Positions 40,101 through 64,000 of a stretch of 64,000 nucleotides of DNA are shown here, piece by piece. The stretch spans positions 788,907-852,906 of the forward strand of contig JAQGDQ010000025.1 in the NCBI GenBank assembly GCA_030141605.1, written 5' to 3'. Source of the DNA: Tubiluchus corallicola. Its lineage: Eukaryota > Animalia > Priapulida. Below the pieces are notes generated by a model that saw only the letters and a list, made by a program, of their open reading frames with translations, was not told where the DNA came from and ran no database searches. Numbering within the stretch: position 1 is the first letter of the stretch; every line of letters begins with the position of its first letter. Both the position numbers and the translations under genes were made by a program.

Positions 40101-43100
40101 TATGAATGTTTTGTGAATGGTTGAAATTCGGCCGACGGAGTTTGGTCAGTAACAAGTAAAAACTGTTTGCAGAAACAGTTTGACATTGCTCAGGCACTTT
40201 GTACACGTAACTTATCCAATATGTCGACACTGCTATTGAACATAAGTTCATGACCTGAAAAAATTTTGTGCTTTGTTCACAACCACAAGTACATACACTT
40301 TGTCAATGCAGACTGGGTTGAAGGAAATGTTTCAGCAGTTATCACTTTTAAAATAAAATACTTACTCATTTATATGCCAAGCAAATACGTCTCCAGAAAA
40401 ATCTGATGTCACCAGTATTCCTTCAGAACTCAAATGCTCTACACTCTTCACCCAATCTTCATGACCTTTCAACTGCAGGAGACAGTCTTTAAATTTTCTA
40501 ACATCCCACATCTTAATGGTAGTATCATCTGAACAGCTTACCATAGTACGGTTGTCTAAAAACCTGCGTGAAAAGTTTAACTGAGCATTTTGAACTACAA
40601 AAAGGCAAATTAATTATAATAAAAGGATTTAATAAACTATTTCAAATGAAGCTTTCAAAATCTGATTATACACGTATAGCCAGCTTGAGTTGATAGTGAA
40701 ATAACTAAATTTATGTTGCCTTAACAAATTTAGATATGAATCAATGACTCTTCGTCTTTACAAATTCAAGCAATAAAGACATTCTCGACTGTTTTAGTCA
40801 TTCGAGTAAAAATAGCTAGCTTTAGCTTTGATTATTACTTACAAGTTACAACTAACTCAAGGCTGAAGTCATAAAGGTTTACAGACAAGAAACAAGTGAC
40901 ATTAGACATCAAATCAACTTTGTCAAAATAAGCCTAATTTGTCTAGGAGGTTATGTGTTCAACTAAGGTTTCAACCGAGACTCCAGTTGTGCAATGTCAG
41001 CTCTTCTTCCACAGTCCACAGATTATTAGATAACATACCCATGTCAGCTGTTTCATTCAGATAGAAGCAAAATTTGCCACAGCTTCAATTCGTGCGTTCT
41101 TAGAGAAGCACTTTTCTTAGTTAAAAGCTTGACATAATCAATGACATAAGACAACATTATCTCTAATTATTTGACACTTATGAAATGCTTTCGCATACAA
41201 AGTTAATGCTGACTTAAAAATAGTATTGTCAGTAAATTCCAGGCCCAAAATCCAGAAACCGCACATACACGAGAGCTGAGAGATTGCTAGCTCGCATCAA
41301 TTGTGAGGCAAACAATTGGCGCCGTGTTGTACAATACAGAAACTGCGTTTGATTCTTTAGGCAAGACAGGCCTTGAGTGACACACTTTTGAAGTATTGAC
41401 AGAAATTTTCCAAGCTAGTGATCTCTTTCTGCGCATGAGTCATATTTGAATCTATGAGAGAAACTAAGATACTAGTTACTCTTCCAATTTCAAAACACAG
41501 TCAACTGATTAACAAATTTTTAAACTGGATGTTGCAACTTCATATAATTTGAGAACATTTCAAACATGAGCACATTTTCTTTTTTTAATGGCAACAATAT
41601 ATTCTAAACAGGATTTGAAATGTAAATTTGCATAAAATGAATATTACAATGTACGCTTACTTGACTATATTGACGCAGTCAGTATGAGCATTATTTTTAC
41701 TTCGTATCAGTTTGCCTTGAAGTGGATCAAACAATAAGAAGCTTCTATTTTCACAAGCTGCTGCCAGTATATGCCTGAAATTATAATAAAATTATTTATA
41801 ATAGAATTAGAAAGTTATTTAGAAATGTAAAATGAAATAATTTTACTTAGTTAGCTAGGTAACAAACAAGCATTACCAAAATTGTGTTATTACCATCTTA
41901 CACTCATTGCCTGGTTGCCTAAATATTAGTAGTTCACGTTGATTAGAATGGGAAAAAAGAAAGTTGTTGACCTAATGTCATTTTCGTAGCGATAAAAACA
42001 TTGTAATCCTATGAAGTACGATTTTTACTCATTCACAATCCTGCATGCTGATGATGTCACCTCGAAGTTTTTATGGTGTTTTGCTATTTTAAAGTAACTA
42101 CAAAAATACACAACGAAGCCATTGTCAGCAAAAAAATTTTACTACTGACAAAATTTTATTGAAATTAGGCTTAAATATGCGACCACTTAAATTTGCAAGT
42201 GTAATTACGAATATACTGAGTTAATTCAACAGACCATAATTCTAAAATACTGTGTGTGAATTTTCTGAAACTGCCAGTTATTCACTTCGAATGTTTCATA
42301 CTTCCCTATTTAACAGGCAATAATAGCTACGGTAAGCACTTATGTTACGACTTCAACCGAGTAGTGCACAAAAAATGTGTTAAAATTTAAATTGCAAGAA
42401 TATTAGACACAAGTACCCTACAAAGCTGAAATTTCACAATGTGGTATTACAATAAATTATCTTTTGGCAGCAAAGGTTAGAAGTTTAGAGTTTTTTTTGG
42501 TTCTTAAGTTATGGCTGAAATCCTAGTGCATGTTAAAAATTTAAATGCCAGAACAGTAAATCAACAAGTGAAAAACAGCTATGTTCAGTAACGTATAAAG
42601 CACTCAATACGCGTAGCAAAACAATAAAAGAAATCAACCAGTTTACATTATGGACGTCACAACTGAAACTAAGGCAGTTATAAAGATGTCAAGAAAACAA
42701 TGGGACTTAATCCCTTAGACTACGACATCTGGCATTCCCTTCAGAGAATGTGTTTGACAACTGGCAGAGGCGTTTGATGCAGAGGAACTAAAAGCAAAAA
42801 ATGTTGAATGCTGGGAACAAACCAGACATTAACGAAGTGAGAAACCATGTCAGCTGTTGGAGGAAAGGCATTTGTCTAGTTTGCATTGAAAATGGTGGGC
42901 ACATGACAATATCATAACAATATAGTAGCATGAATTTTCTTCCGGCATTAAAGAGGAATCTAAGGAAATGAGATAAAATTTCTAATGTGTACACATAAGT
43001 GAATCAGTGTACACAACATCAGTACAGTCGACCCTCGTTAAATCGGACCCCGTTAGCCCGGATATCGGATAAGACGGACGTCATCCATGGTAAAGGAAAC

Positions 43101-43679
43101 TAACCGATTTCCATCCGAGCCGGAGCGCTAAACACAACACGGCCTACCAACTGTACAATAATTTCTTTATCCTCACAGGTTAACTATTTTAAAGTAATAT
43201 ACAGTATAGTATATAGTGCAATGTATATAGGCCTTATTAAGGTGATTATTCCTGTATAATATAGACCATATATAGGCATATCGGATAAATCGGACAATCG
43301 GCTAAACCGGACCACCCCCCCCCCCCAATTAGTCCGGTTTAGCGAGGGTTGACTGTATCGTATTTTTCGAGATTCCGTTATATTCTTCTTATTATTATTT
43401 TCAATATTTTCGGACATTTTTTGCGCCAACTGATATAAAAGGTGAACAGCAAAATATAACCAACACGTTAATGTACCCATCAGGAGAAAAATTCAGTCCA
43501 AATATTCCACCATGATTTTGCTCACAGCCACTGGATGTTGTATCCCATTGGCGTATTGCCCGAACTGAACTTGGCAAAGCTTTTTGAATCCCAGCTTTTT
43601 GTGCTTGAGAAGTATGTACACCATACTGCCGATTTTTAATCCAATACCACGTTCCAGCGTCTTTGGCTTGTTGCGACAT
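37174..43679 (-). CDS. DCAF10: DDB1- and CUL4-associated factor 10 (WD40 repeat protein, WDR32), ~548 aa
   Basis: Minus-strand exons 43679-43477, 41774-41661, 40563-40366, 39416-39221, 38880-38671, 37899-37174; GT-AG with consistent phases (1647 nt). Motifs HGGIFGLNFSPDG..AACE..LFDP..AHTDCVNIVKFLDNR..SCSDDTTIKMWDVR..GHEDWVKSVE, ITSLDVHPQGW, RLTHYIQEPNVARGYIKDPCFSHDGR..SPFAYGVRLL, SGCLSGKVVFHQP match my recollection of DCAF10. Confidence 0.93.
38056..38288 (+). repeat. Diverged duplicate of the SLC22 last-exon 3' end/3'UTR (source 33249-33480) inside the DCAF10 last intron
   Basis: Direct alignment by eye: gtgcaatgggaatgtgaaaacgtcagttggagaaagtgc...ggcaaataatggttacat..gcacaaatttaaatca..ggcctaggattagtttttgatccatgtatgttctag..ttatatatca, with scattered substitutions and small indels. 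Confidence 0.95.
43025..43355. mobile_element. pogo/Tigger-like MITE in a DCAF10 intron
   Basis: TA TSD (43023-24 / 43356-57). Left TIR cagtcgaccctcgttaaatcggac vs reverse complement of right end cagtcaaccctcgctaaaccggac; repeated internal tcggat/ccggac motifs. Confidence 0.85.
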
Positions 43680-45349
43680 TGTTTTACATTCTGGAAAAAA
43701 ATTCATCTTAAAATCCCTAGTCATTTACAATTTTACATAATACATCAAATTAGTGACAGAAATACATTATAATTTTAAATGATAAACCAAAATAGGCATA
43801 ACATCATCATATCGAGCCTGCTGGACCCCAGAAAAAGTAGTCTATAAGCATACATGGCTGATCATTTGCAAGGACTACTAGATGGACAATCGTGTATTAG
43901 TAAGAAAAGTGTATAAATATATGCATAATGTGTGGCTTCGTAAAGTGCTTTTCAAGCATCACAACTGTGATGCTTTCATGATAGCATAACGTAAAGATGT
44001 TATGAAGTATCAACTACTTTGCAGTATGTACTCCCATTCAACGAAATGTGTTTTACATGACTTCAATAAACCGAAAACTAATGAACTTTTCATATTTTTA
44101 ATTATAATGAACGTAATTCATTTCACAATGAACACAAATTGCATGTTCAATGTTCATTCAGTTGTAAATTCATGTGACATTGTTCAGTAAAGATAATGAG
44201 ATTCAAAAAAGTCAGTTAATTTTGTTTGCACTAAATTTCTCTTTGTCCATTGTATAAAAAGTTTTTGCAGCAAAGTAATTCGATGAAATGAGCTACCAGT
44301 ATACGTACATATAAATAGCTGGATGTAAAACCGCTGAGTGACTCATTGTTTTCATACAGACAAGATGATACACACGAGATGTTAACAATTTCAGCATGCT
44401 GCATGCCCAACAACGCATGCACCAGGAATGATCGGTTAAATTTAAATGTAAATTAAAAAGAAATGGCTGAGAGAGGTAAAGTAAGCAATAAATACATTGT
44501 AATGCAAGTTACGGGACTTGACAAAAGCCTGCATTATGTAATAATCAAGTAATCTGTATTCAAAGCTATTATACTAGTAAAATAAATGATGAAAGTTTGT
44601 GCCTTTTGTGGGGTCACATTACCTGCATGTACACAATAAACCAAGTTTGCTATAATGGTGTTATAATCTGCAGCTAATATTATAAGCTAGTCATGGTACA
44701 GAAATGAAAATAGAACACAAAGTAATTATTTTGATCTATCTGATGCTGCTTTTAAACAATGGCCCAACACTAATGAATTACAGGTGACAAATGACACCAT
44801 CAACACTGTCTTAGCTAACAATGGACTGTTCTAAGGTGCCACCAAATTTGAAGGTGATTCGACAAATGGATGACCTACCATAGGCGATAATGGCTTATCA
44901 TAATGCTGTCAAAAGTGCAGTGTTCAACATTTTACAAAATTGCGAGATGAACTTGAGGATCTACTACTAGATATTTACAGACCATGTCAGGGCATTCCTA
45001 TATTTAAGTTTAAATCATGTAAAAGATTGAAATGAACTACATAATTTCTATAGATATAAACTTCTATAACAAGTTACTTTTATTACAAACAATGCAGCTC
45101 TTCCATTTTCATCTCCACATAATATTCTATCGAAAATATATTCACACGGAACTTGTTAATTCACACATAGAAATTGTTTCTTCTTCTACTGTTGTTCTAA
45201 GCATCTATTGTAGACATTGAGCCTCTATTGTTTATTAAAGCACCCCATTGTTTCCTGCTGCAGCTAAAAATTTTCAACTCCTGTGATGCTGTTGTTAAGT
45301 TTGGTCTCAGAAGTTGATAATCTATTATGCTCACAGTAAAGTCGTTTTT

Positions 45350-45980
45350 GGTTCACCTGGAGATTATTTAGCAGGTTTCAGTGCCTTATTTAGAATTTCT
45401 CAGTTGCTAGTTTTAGACTTGTTAAATTGTTTTTCAATTTAATAAATTTACATGTCACGTAAATTTACAATTTACACAAATGAACAACAATTTTTAAATT
45501 GTTAGCAAATTTAACTTCACACACGAAAGCAGACATCTTGCGTAATTGATTCACATTTCACAATAATCGGCGCACCGTTTATCGATTAACCTGTCCGAGC
45601 TTGCTGTTTGTTGCGTCGGTTGAAATAACGAATTAGCGATTGCGTTCAGCATCCAGTATCCGCGCAATATTATTGATTCACCTGTTGAGCAGTTGAATTG
45701 CATATTAGATCTACCGGTAGAAAGCTTGGAGACTAAGAATAGATGCAGGTAGCATTATCTGAATCTCGTTGCATGTTAGTTTAGATTTAGTTCATTTGTA
45801 AAAATAGCAACTGAAAAATTCTAAAATAATTTTGTTTCAACTTAGACTCAATTTTGAGAAATGGCGCGGGATTGCAAAGGGGACATACAAATGTGGTTTG
45901 ACTGTTTGTGAGACAGACTAGGTTATTAAAACCATGAGCATGCGAAATTAATATTGATGCTGTAGTTGGTGCGGGAGGTA
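45350..45980. promoter_or_regulatory. Probable bidirectional promoter / 5' non-coding exons of DCAF10 and ADGRV1
   Basis: Both start codons (43679 minus, 46489 plus) lie just downstream of splice acceptors, so both genes need upstream non-coding exons. A CpG-enriched patch is at ~45500-45700. Candidate donors: ~45357 (minus), 45748 and 45977 (plus). Confidence 0.45.
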
Positions 45981-46488
45981 AGTGGTTACTAATTTTAACT
46001 GCTAAATCTAATGCATAGGCCTAGCCTAGCTGGTAATCATATTATCTATTGTAAGACAGGTAATTAGGTAGGTCTAGCTGGTGATTTTTGTGTTAGACAG
46101 TACAACAGTAATCAATTCCTCATTATGCTTAGATTGCTGATTCTTATGAATATAATTTGACTCACTCGTGATCTATAACAGTGGCTGTAATATTACAGTT
46201 ATTAATAATAAAGTTATTAGACTTTCCTGTTTTATCCTCACGTTTGCATTATTTTCTGCTCAACAACGGGCTAAAGGACAGGTGTCTCGAGTAGTTAAAT
46301 TTAATGGGACAGATTTTTTGTAGCTATCTTGTTATGGGGTCATTTAGATTTTAAAATAATGTTTGTTTTGAAGTAATTGTGTGATACTGATTGATTCAAT
46401 GTTAAACCTTCATCGTGTTATCGAAATTTGTTTGCCTGTAACGACATAATTTTTATATTATTTGCACTAAATATTTTTTTTATTGCAG

Positions 46489-63716
<17,228 letters not shown>

Positions 63717-64000
63717 GTAATAACTTGATTATTACAATAGTCATTCACTTGTTATGAAAACTCTTAGTAATGTGAGCATATATTCATCTTTATATACGCA
63801 TGTATATTGTTGTATCATGCATAACTGCAGGTTATAATGGCTACTTATTTTAGCTGGTTACTGGCTGTTACTGCTAAATATATCATGGTTATGGGAATGG
63901 ATTTAGACTGAGTGCAGTGATTTTCTATTCCTTTATTTCATTCGTTTATTTTTTTAATAGTTCTTGTCACCTATCTGTTGTGATTAATTTTTTCTTAGAT

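Noticed and set aside
40960-41015. Minus-strand hammerhead-like motif (gaagaagagctg...cggttgaaacc)
   Set aside because: The CUGANGA core is absent and the stems cannot be formed convincingly.

Overview
AT-rich, intron-rich animal genomic DNA, probably a marine invertebrate (species not determinable from sequence). It is not prokaryotic: no operons, CRISPR, rRNA or convincing tRNA. Four spliced protein-coding genes were reconstructed by hand with consistent intron phases. (1) The 3' part of a PRDM6 orthologue (+, PR/SET domain plus 4 zinc fingers). (2) A complete SLC22 organic-ion transporter (+, 9 coding exons, ~569 aa). (3) A complete DCAF10/WDR32 (-, 6 coding exons, ~548 aa), convergent with SLC22. 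(4) The first ~1000 codons of ADGRV1/VLGR1 (+, signal peptide plus Calx-beta repeats), head-to-head with DCAF10 and running off the window. Between the SLC22 and DCAF10 3' ends lies a nearly intact Buster-type hAT transposon (15-bp TIRs, 8-bp TSD, transposase broken by one frameshift and one stop). Introns hold MITEs, a SINE, a Helentron-like element, and micro- and minisatellites. The most notable oddities are a ~230-bp copy of the SLC22 stop-codon region inside the last DCAF10 intron (antisense to DCAF10), a GC-AG intron in ADGRV1 carrying a ~470-bp (GA)n tract, and an in-frame His/Cys-rich intron read-through in ADGRV1. I found no clear evidence of a wholly new biological system; the findings are leads, not discoveries.
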